This document shows, piece by piece, positions 30,238 to 40,372 of a DNA stretch of 64,000 bases (the first letter of the stretch is position 1; every line of letters begins with the position of its first letter). This DNA comes from an uncultured Verrucomicrobiae bacterium. Its GTDB lineage: Bacteria; Verrucomicrobiota; Verrucomicrobiia; Limisphaerales; Palsa-1400. Below the pieces are notes generated by a model that searched no databases, had not been told where the DNA came from, and saw only the letters and a list, made by a program, of their open reading frames with translations. Where the stretch lies: contig OY969763.1 of NCBI GenBank assembly GCA_963702845.1, positions 704,001 through 768,000 of the forward strand, in the 5' to 3' direction. Both the position numbers and the translations under genes were made by a program.

Positions 30238-31738
30238 ATGTCGCAGGGTTTACATTTATCGCAGAAAATGTCGCTGTCGCAGGTGCTCGCACCGCAACTG
30301 CAACAATCCCTCGCGCTGCTGCAAGCCCCGACCCTCGAACTCAAAGCGCTCGTTGAACAAGAACTTCAACAAAACCCGGTGCTCGAAGAAGTTTCCGCCG
30401 CTGAAATTGAGCAGAGCGATAAAATCCGCGACGACGGCGCGCCGGCTCACGACGCTTCAGATCCAGCCGAACCGCCGGCCGATACAAAATTTGATCCTGC
30501 GACCGAAAAGCCGCAGGAGGGACCGGTAGATGATTTTCAGGCCGAGTTCGAAAAGCTCACGCAGATGGACCAGGAATGGCGCGATCATTTTTCCGCCACC
30601 AACCTTCCGATGCGCCAGAGCCAGGAAGACCGAGGAGCGTCGCCAGTTCATGTTCGATTCGCTCGTCGCTGGAACATCGCTCCAGGAAAGCCTCTTGGAG
30701 CAAATGCGGTTCTCCGATTTGGACGAGGGCCACCGGTCGATTGCCGAAATGATCATCGGCAACATCGACGATTACGGTTATCTCAAAGCCAGCATCGACG
30801 AACTTTCGTTCTCAACAAACATTCCGGCGGACAAGATTTTGAACCGTCCTGAAAGTCATCCAGACTTTCCACCCGCCCGGAGTTGGTTGTCGTGATTTGC
30901 GCGAGTGCCTCATGTTGCAGCTGGAGCGCGCGGGCAAAGAAAAGACGCTCGAATACCGGATCATACGCGATTGCATGGAAGCGCTAACCAAGCGCAAGCT
31001 CCCCGAAATCGCACGCGCAGTCGGCGGCATGTTGACCAAGTGCAGGATGCCGTCGGCCGCATCGCGATGCTCGAACCACGTCCGGGCCGCGAATTCCTCC
31101 CTGACAACGACCGTTACATTTCGCCCGAAGTATTCGTCGTTAAGGTCGGCGAAGATTTTGTCGTCACCACGAATAACGAGCAAATTCCGCATCTCCGCAT
31201 CAGCAACACTTACAAAGATCTGATGTCGCAAGGCGATGCCACGAACGAAGTGCGCGATTATATCCGCGACAAAATTCGCGCCGGAAAATTTCTCATCAAA
31301 AGTTTGCAGCAACGCCAGCAAACCATCCTGAATATCGGCAACGAAATCGTGAAACGTCAGCGCGAGTTCATGGAAAAAGGCGTCGCGCATCTTAAGCCGA
31401 TGACGATGGTGCAGATTGCCGAAGTGGTCGGCGTTCACGAAACCACGGTCAGCCGCGCCGTTTCGAACAAATACATGCAAACGCCTCAAGGCGTGTTCGA
31501 AATGAAATATTTCTTCACGTCGGGCATCAAGACCGACAGCGGCGATGGCGTTTCCAACACCAGCGTTAAAGACATGGTGGCGGAAATGTTCAAGAGCGAA
31601 AACTCGGCAAAGCCTTTGTCCGATCAGGAAATCGTGAAGATGCTCAAAGAAAAAGGCATCGTCATCGCCCGCCGCACTGTCGCCAAATATCGCGACGAGT
31701 TGAATATCCTCCCGTCGAATCTTCGCAAGAAGTACTAG
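30238..31738 (+). CDS. rpoN: RNA polymerase sigma-54 factor (apparent frameshifts at ~30631, ~30845, ~31029)
   Basis: PQLQQSLALLQ region I, HETTVSRAV, RpoN box ARRTVAKYR. Confidence 0.95.
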
Positions 31739-32302
31739 CCCTTCATCGCTGCTTTTGTCTTCGCCTGCAGTTCGGCGATCTCCGGCTTGCACCTCGTCTT
31801 TCGAATCGCGCGACATGCGGTCGATGAACAGGATTCCATTCAGATGATCGACTTCGTGTTGAATGGCCCGTGACAATAAGCCACCGGCGCGAAATTCGAT
31901 CATGTCGCCGTTCTCATTCATCGCCTTCACCTCGACGTGCGATGGGCGCGAAATGTCGGAGAAGATCTCCGGGAAACTCAGGCAGCCTTCGGGACCGGTC
32001 TTCATTTCGCCGTAGGGCTTGATTTCAGGATTGATCAAGACCAACGGCATAAAACCGTTCACATCGGCTGGTTCGCCGTTGCGTTCCAATGTGGACGGAC
32101 GGTCCGTGACGGGGCTGACATCAATGACGGTCAATTGCAATGCCTTGCCGATCTGTTGCGCGGCGAGGCCGACGCCGTGCGCGGCGTTCATCGTCTCGAG
32201 CATGTCAGTAATCAGTTTACGCACGTCGGGCGTAAGCTTTTCAATCTTCGCGCCTTTTTTCCGGAGCACCGGGTGCCCGTATTTAACAACATCTAAAACC
32301 AT
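31735..32302 (-). CDS. def: peptide deformylase (apparent frameshift at ~31790 near the C-terminus)
   Basis: GVGLAAQQIG, EGCLSFP, QHEVDHLNG; shifted tail KPEIAELQAKTKAAMKG* ends at 31735. Confidence 0.93.
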
Positions 32303-32303
32303 T

Positions 32304-33428
32304 TTAGTTCTTCGTCGGCCACTCATTTAAAAACGCGGCCAGTTCAACAATCGTCGGACTTTTCGCTGTTCGCACATAAAACCCACTTGTCGTGACACCC
32401 GTCAGGACACTCATTTCGTTGCTCAATCCAAGCAACTTGCCCAAACAAAAACCAGAATTGAAATGGTCGCCCGCACCGGTGGTGATGAGCGGCTTGGCCA
32501 TAAATGGACCTTCTACAACATTCACCACACCTTTGCTCACCGCGAGCGCGTAGGTGACGGGATGAACGACCAGCGTCGAAATTTGCAACGTGTCAGCCAG
32601 TTTGCGAGTCAATTCCGCCAGACATTCTGGTGTCTGCGAGTTGGGTTTTAAGCCAAAGCACTGGCCGACTTCGTAAGCTTCTTTTTCGTTCAGTCCCAGT
32701 ATGACGTCAAAATGGCTCTCAAAGTTCCCAATCAATTTCAACGCGCGCTGGATGTCATCGGCGGTGCGTTTTTCGGGGTCGGCCAAATCGAAGAAGATCT
32801 TGCGGCGCGGGCCTTTCAGGTTTGGTGAAATGTCCTTCTGAATCGCTTCCCAGATGTTGCTCATGGCCGGGAGCATCGTCCAATTCACAAAACCGACGAG
32901 GTCGGCACTGCCAAAGTGCGCAGCGAATTTGTCTTTGCCGAAGCGAGTGCAAATGTTGGCCCAGTTTACCTCTTTGAGCGACGAATGTTTGCCGAGCATC
33001 ACTTTGCCGTCATCAAACTCGAGGGCATCGGTGTGACCTGGCTCAGCGATGCTGTGGACTTCAGCGCGCTTTGCAAAATCACTGAAAATGGGATGCAGGT
33101 TCGGATAACCGAGGTTTCCCAAATAGGTGACCTTCAGCCCAAAGCTGGCCAGGGCATTGGCCATGATCGGACCGTTGCCGCCGAGCTTCGTTAGCGCGGT
33201 GACCAACTCGATGTTGGTGCTCTTTCCGGCTGCACCAGCCAACCGTTTTGCGAGCAAGTCGATTGTGGGCAAGCGGGAAAACGTTTCGGCGTTCTCGCGT
33301 TTGTCGACGACGTGGACGATTTCGTCAACGAAGCCGTCAAGGCCGACAAAGGCCGACATGTTCGCCACGCGTTGAGCGGCGGCGAGCAGTTGCTCGGCAC
33401 ATTGTTTTCGCAATTCAGGTGTATTCAC
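32304..33428 (-). CDS. PfkB/ribokinase-family carbohydrate kinase
   Basis: KLGGNGPIMA, GLNEKEA, TTGAGDHFNSG. Confidence 0.85.
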   Translation of the reverse strand: MNTPELRKQCAEQLLAAAQRVANMSAFVGLDGFVDEIVHVVDKRENAETFSRLPTIDLLAKRLAGAAGKSTNIELVTALTKLGGNGPIMANALASFGLKVTYLGNLGYPNLHPIFSDFAKRAEVHSIAEPGHTDALEFDDGKVMLGKHSSLKEVNWANICTRFGKDKFAAHFGSADLVGFVNWTMLPAMSNIWEAIQKDISPNLKGPRRKIFFDLADPEKRTADDIQRALKLIGNFESHFDVILGLNEKEAYEVGQCFGLKPNSQTPECLAELTRKLADTLQISTLVVHPVTYALAVSKGVVNVVEGPFMAKPLITTGAGDHFNSGFCLGKLLGLSNEMSVLTGVTTSGFYVRTAKSPTIVELAAFLNEWPTKN

Positions 33429-33475
33429 TGGGTGAAAATTACAAATTAAAAATTACAGATTACAAACCCGAAAAC

Positions 33476-34423
33476 CTAGTCCATTTGAACGCCGGCGATT
33501 TTCAGGATGCGGTCCAGGTCATCGTCGCTGAAGAACTTGATTTCGATCGAGCCTTTGCCGGTGGCGTATTTGAGGGCGACTTTGGTCCCGAAAGCGTGCT
33601 GGAGTTTTTCCTCGAGCGCGGCGACGTGAGGGTCGACTTCCAGAATGATTCCCTTGCTGCTCTTCTTCGTGCCGCCTTTTTTCTGCATGACGCCGATGAG
33701 ATCTTCGGTTTGGCGGACGTTGAGGCTGCTTTTCAGGATCCGTTCGGTGGCGAGCTTTTGTTCGTCCCAATTGCTCAGGCCGAGAATGACTTTGGCGTGA
33801 CCGACGGAGAGGCGTCCGTCACGGACGTGGGCTTGGAGGTCAGGCGCGAGTTTGAGCAGGCGCAAGGCGTTGGCGACGACGGTGCGGCTTTTACCGACTT
33901 TGGCGGCGGCTTCTTCCTGGGTGAGTTTAAATTGTTCGATCAACTGCGAGTAACCGAGGGCTTCTTCGATTGGATTGAGGTTCTCGCGTTGGAGGTTTTC
34001 AATCAGCGCCAGTTCCAGGACGGCGCGGTCGTCGGCTTCGCGGACGATGATCGGGACTTCGGTCAGGCCGACGATTTGGGCAGCGCGCCAGCGGCGTTCG
34101 CCAGCGATCAATTCGAAGAATTCACCGCGAGTGCGAACGATGAGCGGCTGGACGATGCCTTGTTCTTTGATGGAGCTGGCCAGTTCCTTGAGGGCGTCTT
34201 CGGAAAAGTCTTTGCGCGGCTGGAAGGGACAGGGTTTAACTTTCGCGACCGGCACCATTTGGACGCGTTCACGGGTGTCGATTTGAACCGGAGCAGTGGC
34301 GGGCAGTGGCGGAACAACGATCGGTTGAAAGGAATTTGGAACTGCTGGTGCGGCTGGTTGCGGGGCTGGGCTCGCGGAGCTGAACAGTGCGCCCAACCCG
34401 CGGCCTAAGACTGGTTTCGCCAT
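33476..34423 (-). CDS. parB: ParB/Spo0J chromosome partitioning protein
   Basis: LGRGLGALF, QPRKDF, GIVQPLIVR, IAGERRWRAA, LIENLQRENLNPIEEA, GKSRTVVANALRLL. Confidence 0.95.
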   Translation of the reverse strand: MAKPVLGRGLGALFSSASPAPQPAAPAVPNSFQPIVVPPLPATAPVQIDTRERVQMVPVAKVKPCPFQPRKDFSEDALKELASSIKEQGIVQPLIVRTRGEFFELIAGERRWRAAQIVGLTEVPIIVREADDRAVLELALIENLQRENLNPIEEALGYSQLIEQFKLTQEEAAAKVGKSRTVVANALRLLKLAPDLQAHVRDGRLSVGHAKVILGLSNWDEQKLATERILKSSLNVRQTEDLIGVMQKKGGTKKSSKGIILEVDPHVAALEEKLQHAFGTKVALKYATGKGSIEIKFFSDDDLDRILKIAGVQMD

Positions 34424-34756
34424 GGCGTGAGGATAAAGTGCCGGTGAAAAAACGCAAAAGTAAAAGCGCCGAAACATCGGACTCGCGGTGAGAAACTTGA
34501 TTCTGCTGGATTGTTTTAACTGCTAGGGGTGTGGGTGGGGTGACACGGGTCGACAATTCATTATTCGCGCTCTCTATGGAAGTCAGGTGGGGATATGAAC
34601 GCTGCCACGAAAATCGAATTAACCGCCAAAATCAAAAGGAAGGCGTAGAAATTAGATTTTGGTATGGTCGACCCGACTTTTACGTCCCAAAAATCCATTT
34701 GTATACTTCAAATCCGCCCATGCTCTTCCGTCCCGGCATATGGTCCATTCTACTTG

Positions 34757-34822
34757 AACCGCAACGCGGTTCCATCACTTAGCCTAGGGTTGTGGAGGGC
34801 AGCGGGGCACTACCCTAGGTAA
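34757..34822 (+). repeat. 66-nt REP-like element, copy 2
   Basis: AACCGCAACGCGGTT hairpin; GCCTAGGGTTG...AGGGCAGCGGGG...CTACCCTAGGTAA. Confidence 0.8.
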
Positions 34823-35036
34823 GACGTTAATTAAATTTTTTTTGGGGGGGGTGCGGTGGCCGCGTTCCTCCGCCTCTTTCATGAATAGGAACTCGAAAAC
34901 AAATGTAGGCAATGTGCGACTTTCCTCAATATTTTCTTCGGTCTGCTGAGCTTTTTGTTCATGGCTATCTTTATGTTGCATGGATCGCATAACACGACCG
35001 ATGATGCCATAAAGGAACTACTCGTAAAAAACTGTA

Positions 35037-35071
35037 GGGAAAGGAGGGAAGCCAGGGAAAGGAGGGAAAGA
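35037..35071 (+). repeat. 9-bp tandem purine-rich repeat (AGGGAAAGG-like x4)
   Basis: agggaaagg agggaagcc agggaaagg agggaaaga. Confidence 0.6.
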
Positions 35072-35132
35072 AACAGCACTTTTTTATGACAAAATCGGCC
35101 GGACGACAGTGATTGGCACGTAAACTGAATCG

Positions 35133-38100
35133 TTAGGGCCAAGACACCCGGTAGAAGCGAGACGGGTAGTTTGTCGCTGTTGCGTCGATGAAACTGAAGT
35201 TGCCGGGGGACAGTTCAACGGGTGTGCCAACTGGAAACCAGTTCGTCAGGTCGACCGAGCAGAGAATGGTGTAGTTCGCATTGGAAATCCCCGTGAACGA
35301 CGTCTGCCACGTGCCGTCGGGAGTAATCAGGCCGCTCGCGAGCCTGGGCGCAGGCACTGTTCCAATAAACGACACTGTGGCGCTGTAGAATGTGCCGAAG
35401 ACGTTCGATACCGCGATGCGGAGATAGTAGGTCGAGCCGGGACTTAAGTTGGTAAGGGTCGCGAAGATCGTTCTGAAATTAACAGTTCCTAAGACGCTGT
35501 TTGTGGTAGTCGAATTGCCAAAGGCAGGCGTCGTGCCCCAATCAAACCACGCGACACTACTTGTGCCGCCAGGAGATACTCTTCCTGAAACCGAGCAACT
35601 GGTATTTGTTGGTTGGGCTGAAGGAGTCGTTATCGACGGGTATTGGACCGGGACCGCAACGCCGTGATAGTATCCGGCACTTATGGCGACGAGATTGCTG
35701 GAGGTTGGACCATTCAGTTCGCCGTAAGCGTTGTCGCCCCACATTAGTAACGATCCGTTGGTTTGGAGGGCGATGTTGAAGTTACCCTTGCCGGAGATGG
35801 CCGACGCGGTGGAGGCGTTGGTCGGAAGGGGATTGTATATATTCGTTTCGACAAATGTAAGATACTGGTGATCGGTGATCGCTAAAGCGCTTGAAACGAC
35901 TTGGGCGATGTTCGATTGGGAATCGAGGAATGGATCAGGATCGTACGAACTCGCTCCCCATTTCGCAACGTGACCGTCGTTGAGCACGGCGTATCCGGGC
36001 GCGGTGATGGAGGCGATGTTTGAGTAATTTGTTGGTGCATTCCATGCGCCGACAGAATTGTCACCCCATACAACAATGCTCGAATCGCTACGCAGAGCCA
36101 TGCTGGTGTAGCCACCGGCGCTGATTGCGACGACGTTACTGAGACCGGTTGGAACGGTTGCTTCGCCAGCACGGGCGAGGCCGCCCCAGGCGACGACAGT
36201 TCCGTTGCTGCGTAGAGCGAGGTTGTGGTAAGCACCGGTGGCGATGGCGACATAGGTTGCGTCGGTGGGAGCGTTCGTTTGTCCGAGGGAGTTATCGCCC
36301 CAGCCGACAAGATGACCGTCGGAGCACAAAGCGAGATCGTGTGCGACCCCACCGCTGACCGTCACGATGTTTGAATAGTTCAGAGGAAAGGGGTAGCTGG
36401 CGGTGCCAGTTTGTGAACCGTAATAGGGCAAATAGATCCCCCAAGTAATTGGTCGTTGGCCGATCGCGAAGAGTTGGTCTGCTCCTTGGTTAATTCCGAA
36501 GGCGTTGCTGGCGACGAGGCGATAGTGGATGACGTATTGTGCTTGGGGTAGTACTCCGGTCAGGAGGTTTGTCGGAAGAATTGACTGGTCGGCGCCGCCT
36601 GCATCGAATGCGGTAGTGGTGTTTCCGTAAGCTGTGGAGTTGCCCCATTCGAACCAGGCAGTTGTTGGTGAGAAATTAGGTGAGACCATTCCACGAAGGA
36701 GAAGATTGGTTCTTGAAAGGACCCACGGTTGTAGTGTTGTCACTGCGGGAGTCGACCAGTTCAGGTTCACGGTGATCGTTGCTGGGGCGCTTTGGTATTG
36801 GCCGTCGTCCACCTGAAAATCGAAGGTGGAATATGGACTTCCTTCGTTGGGGGAACCGGGATCGTAAAACACGCGGCCAAAAGGATCTGATACAACACTG
36901 CTGACGGTGATTACGTCGCCGCGTGTGCCGTTTGTGTATTGGTATAGCGTTCCGATTGAAGGCGCGTTGAGGATCGTAAAACGAAGGGTGTCGCCGTTCG
37001 GGTCGCTTCCGTGCAAGGTGATTAACAGGTCGCGGCCGGGGAAGCCGCTCGTGGTCTGCGGAAGCGCGGAAGGGGCGCCGTTGTCGCCCAAAGCGACAGC
37101 ATGGTTTGCTCCCAATGAAAATGCGACCACGTTGCTGAGGCCGAGCGGAATTGCGAGGCCGCTGTTGCCCCATTCGACCAAAGTGCCGTCATTTCGCAGC
37201 GCCATGTTGCGTTGGGAGGAATTTGCGGCGATGGCCACGACATTGCTTAAACCAGTTGGGACGGGGTCGCCGGTGCCCCACGTTACGACGGTGCCGTCAT
37301 TTTTCAAAGCGAACGCGTTGTAAGTTCCGATTGAGATGCTGACGACGTTGGAGTTGTCCGGAGGTACGTTTGTTTGATTATAGAAGTTTGATCCCCATGC
37401 GACGATTGTTCCGTCGTTTTTCAAACCGAGTGCGGCATAGGGGCCTGTTGCCACGGCGACGAGGTTGCTTAACCCTGAGGGAACGGCGATGACATTGGCC
37501 GGAGCGGCGACGGCTGTTCCATTTGTCAGGAGTGCCAGATTGTAGTCTTGTCCGGGTGCAATCGACACCGCTTGAGGGATAAAGCTTGAGGGGGTGTAAC
37601 CGTGCCAACTGTAAACCGTTCCGTTCGAACCTTTCGCGGCGAAATGTTCCTCGCTGGCGCAGAGCGATAGAAGATTGCTGTAGGTAGAGCCAGGCGGGTT
37701 GGTGGAGAAAAACCCCGACCCCCAGCCGATCAAAGTTCCCGCGTCGGTGAGAGCTTCGCTGCATTGGCTTGATGCTGCCACAGCGACGGCGTTGGTAATG
37801 GAGCCGTGCGGCACGGCTTCGCCTGAGCCATTGTAGCCCCAGCCCCAGACTTTTCGGCCGACCCCAAAGATTTTTTCAGCGCCATACGTGATGCCGAAGG
37901 TGTTACTCACGACGAAACGGTAGTGATAAATGTATGCGGGAAGCAGGCCGGAGATTTTATTGGTTACATAAACGACAGTTGAGCCGGAGCCTGCGTCGGT
38001 TGTTGCCGATTGATTGCCGAAGTTCGAATTGGTGCCCCATTCAAACCACGCCACAGATTGCGTTTGATTTGGACTTGCCATGCCCGCGACGGTCGCAGTG

Positions 38101-38219
38101 CCGGGAGTGATTGTTGGCGGCCATTGAGTATTTGCGAACGGCGCCGAAGCAAATGTGCGGAGACAGAGCAGAAATGTGATCACATACGTTGCGAATTTGA
38201 TTCTGCCGATGGATCGCAT
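35133..38219 (-). CDS. secreted RCC1-like repeat protein (two propeller regions, three Fn3-like domains, cadherin-like linker, C-terminal domain)
   Basis: repeated LxxDGTVVxWG and GLSNVVAI.AG units; AWFEWG...YHYR repeats x3; GSDPNGDTL...FQVDDG; signal peptide. Confidence 0.88.
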   Translation of the reverse strand: MRSIGRIKFATYVITFLLCLRTFASAPFANTQWPPTITPGTATVAGMASPNQTQSVAWFEWGTNSNFGNQSATTDAGSGSTVVYVTNKISGLLPAYIYHYRFVVSNTFGITYGAEKIFGVGRKVWGWGYNGSGEAVPHGSITNAVAVAASSQCSEALTDAGTLIGWGSGFFSTNPPGSTYSNLLSLCASEEHFAAKGSNGTVYSWHGYTPSSFIPQAVSIAPGQDYNLALLTNGTAVAAPANVIAVPSGLSNLVAVATGPYAALGLKNDGTIVAWGSNFYNQTNVPPDNSNVVSISIGTYNAFALKNDGTVVTWGTGDPVPTGLSNVVAIAANSSQRNMALRNDGTLVEWGNSGLAIPLGLSNVVAFSLGANHAVALGDNGAPSALPQTTSGFPGRDLLITLHGSDPNGDTLRFTILNAPSIGTLYQYTNGTRGDVITVSSVVSDPFGRVFYDPGSPNEGSPYSTFDFQVDDGQYQSAPATITVNLNWSTPAVTTLQPWVLSRTNLLLRGMVSPNFSPTTAWFEWGNSTAYGNTTTAFDAGGADQSILPTNLLTGVLPQAQYVIHYRLVASNAFGINQGADQLFAIGQRPITWGIYLPYYGSQTGTASYPFPLNYSNIVTVSGGVAHDLALCSDGHLVGWGDNSLGQTNAPTDATYVAIATGAYHNLALRSNGTVVAWGGLARAGEATVPTGLSNVVAISAGGYTSMALRSDSSIVVWGDNSVGAWNAPTNYSNIASITAPGYAVLNDGHVAKWGASSYDPDPFLDSQSNIAQVVSSALAITDHQYLTFVETNIYNPLPTNASTASAISGKGNFNIALQTNGSLLMWGDNAYGELNGPTSSNLVAISAGYYHGVAVPVQYPSITTPSAQPTNTSCSVSGRVSPGGTSSVAWFDWGTTPAFGNSTTTNSVLGTVNFRTIFATLTNLSPGSTYYLRIAVSNVFGTFYSATVSFIGTVPAPRLASGLITPDGTWQTSFTGISNANYTILCSVDLTNWFPVGTPVELSPGNFSFIDATATNYPSRFYRVSWP

Positions 38220-38419
38220 TTTCAAGGTGAGCGCGTAAGATTAGCAGACAAACAAATACCGACAAGCGGATTCCTTGGCTCATTCGCCTGGGACGCGGTG
38301 TTGGATGGCGCACCTATGGAGTTTTCAAAATTTTGTAACTTTTATCTACAGATAGCGACAGAAGACATTTTAACTCCTCCGTCGCCGCTTCGCGAAAGTG
38401 AGACTTCGTTTTTGGCTTT

Positions 38420-38485
38420 TTACCCAGGGAAGCACCCCGCTGCCCTCTGCATCCCTGGGCTGACTGACTAAACCCCTTTGGGATT
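38420..38485 (-). repeat. 66-nt REP-like element, copy 3 (inverted)
   Basis: reverse complement AATCCCAAAGGGGTT...GCCCAGGGATG...AGGGCAGCGGGG...CTTCCCTGGGTAA. Confidence 0.8.
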
Positions 38486-38509
38486 TTCTATACAACTTGC
38501 TACACCACA

Positions 38510-38537
38510 TTGACACGCCGTGACGTTACTATATAAT
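38510..38537 (+). promoter_or_regulatory. consensus sigma70 promoter
   Basis: TTGACA (38510-38515), 16 nt, TATAAT (38532-38537). Confidence 0.7.
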
Positions 38538-38644
38538 CCGTTCGGCCGCCGGTCCTTACCGGCACTGAGGATCGTCGAAAATGTGCGACTTGCCCCGGTT
38601 GGTTCTTTGAAAACCGCACTAAAAGTGCGACTTAATTCCCACCA

Positions 38645-38694
38645 AAAGTGCGACAATGTGCGGGAATGTGGAGCAATGTGTGACAATGTGCGAC
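38645..38694 (+). repeat. 10-bp tandem array (AATGTGCGAC consensus x5)
   Basis: aaagtgcgac aatgtgcggg aatgtggagc aatgtgtgac aatgtgcgac; further copies near 38580, 38622 and 34911. Confidence 0.8.
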
Positions 38695-39031
38695 TTTCCC
38701 GCGATATTTTCTTCCGGAGTGCGCCATGCGAGGCCGAAGTCCGGCCTTTGACAAAAGTAGAAACATTTCCTTCTCCTAAGTTTCTCGGTTTGGCAACTAA
38801 TTGCCGGAAGTAGAAGGGAGTTGCCAGAAGTAGAAACATTCCGATGATATTTTCCGCACGTCGCCGGCTGAAGAATTCTTTGAGCTTCAATCAGTGGGTG
38901 ACTTGGTTGCTATAGACATGGCGCGCCTACGGCGCTTTTTGGTTGAGCGGCCGTGGTGAACCAGGGATTGAGTCTGCGCGTGTGTCAAAAATGTTGTTCG
39001 GTTTTTCCCGGGGCGAGCATTTACTAATAGA

Positions 39032-40372
39032 ATGCAAGCTTTGGACGACATTGCGCTGCTGGGTGAGTATGTGACGAACGGATCGGAAGCCGCTTTCGAG
39101 ACGTTGGTTGCGCGTTACGTTTCGTTGGTTTATTCCGCGGCGTTGCGACAGGTGCGCGAGCCGGCTGCGGCTGAGGATATTACTCAGGCGGTTTTCATTC
39201 TTCTGGCCAGGAAAGCGCCGAGGCTCGGCGAGAAAGTTGTCCTGGCTGGGTGGCTGTTCAAAACAACCCGTTTCGTCGCCCTCGCGCATGCGCGCCAAAA
39301 TGCGCGGCGCGCCCATTATGAGCAAGAGGCCCACATGCAATCCGATACTCAAGCCAGCCCGTCCGATGGTTTCTGGAATCAAATGTCGCCACTGCTCGAC
39401 GAAGCAATCGCGAGTCTGCGAGAGAAGGATCGACAGGCGATTCTCCTGCGCTATTTCGAGAATAAACAACTCTCCCAGGTCGGTGCTCGGATGGGGATCG
39501 GTGAAGATGGGGCGCGCATGCGGGTTAATCGCGCCCTGGAAAAGCTTCGGCAATTTTTTACTAAACGCGGGGTTGCGACGACGACTGTTATCATCGCGGG
39601 TGAGCTGTCGGCGCGGTCTGTGCAGGCCGCGCCGGGTGTGCTGACAAAAACGGCCACGACGGCGGCTCTTGCTAAAACTGCGGCGGGTCCGGCCATCACT
39701 CTCGCTGATGGAGCGACGAAATTGATGGCGTGGGCGAATTTGAAAATTGCTGGCGCGGCTGCGGTTTCGTTGCTGCTTGCGATAGTGACGGTGACGGTTA
39801 TCCAAGACCTCACGGATAAATCTATACGCGGCATCCCCGCCGGTTGGTCCACTATGAGCGGGCGCATGGATCAGTGGAATTGGGACGGTGGCAAGATCGT
39901 TGCCCGCAGCACCACCGATGATACGATCCTTGCTTCCGCGCGGAAATACGGGGACTTCACCATGTCCGCCGTGGTCAGCGCTCCCAATCGTGAGGCGAGT
40001 TTCGCCATTCGCATGCAGGACCATTATAATGGTTACATCGTTCTCTATGTTCCTGGCGGCACGGCATGGGCGAAGGAAAACGGCAGTCACATCTCTGTGA
40101 TGAAACGCATTTCCGGTCACGAAGTTGCCCTTGCGCGCGCGTTCAAAGGTCCGGGAATTTCCACCAGCGGACAGAATGCAAAAATGACCGTCACCGCGAA
40201 GGGGCCGCAAATTGACATTTACCTCAACGACAAACCTGTCATACATGCGCGAGATAATACGTATTCCTCCGGATCGCTCGGTTTTCGAATCTACGGGGAT
40301 CCGGGGAGGCCATGCGACGCAACTTTTGCGAAGCTGACAATCGAAGAGCAGGGGACTTATGTCGGAAAATAG
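39032..40372 (+). CDS. ECF sigma factor with C-terminal TM helix and DUF1080-like extracytoplasmic domain
   Basis: [35 protein letters not shown]...[10 protein letters not shown]; hydrophobic [27 protein letters not shown]...IDIYLND...SSGSLGF. Confidence 0.88.
   Translation: MQALDDIALLGEYVTNGSEAAFETLVARYVSLVYSAALRQVREPAAAEDITQAVFILLARKAPRLGEKVVLAGWLFKTTRFVALAHARQNARRAHYEQEAHMQSDTQASPSDGFWNQMSPLLDEAIASLREKDRQAILLRYFENKQLSQVGARMGIGEDGARMRVNRALEKLRQFFTKRGVATTTVIIAGELSARSVQAAPGVLTKTATTAALAKTAAGPAITLADGATKLMAWANLKIAGAAAVSLLLAIVTVTVIQDLTDKSIRGIPAGWSTMSGRMDQWNWDGGKIVARSTTDDTILASARKYGDFTMSAVVSAPNREASFAIRMQDHYNGYIVLYVPGGTAWAKENGSHISVMKRISGHEVALARAFKGPGISTSGQNAKMTVTAKGPQIDIYLNDKPVIHARDNTYSSGSLGFRIYGDPGRPCDATFAKLTIEEQGTYVGK

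Noticed and set aside
30812..32326. 504-aa ORF suggesting a giant deformylase fusion
   Set aside because: Artefact of a frameshift at ~31790 that reads into the antisense strand of rpoN
35114..35129. sigma54-like TGGCACGTAAACTGAA
   Set aside because: The -12 GC is GA and it points antisense into the 3' end of the RCC1 gene; at best a relic
34424..35132. possible oriC upstream of parB
   Set aside because: No cluster of TTATNCACA boxes (only one 1-mismatch TGAGGATAA) and no dnaA/dnaN/gidA nearby
38645..38694. CRISPR-like array
   Set aside because: 10-bp tandem units without spacers; no cas genes
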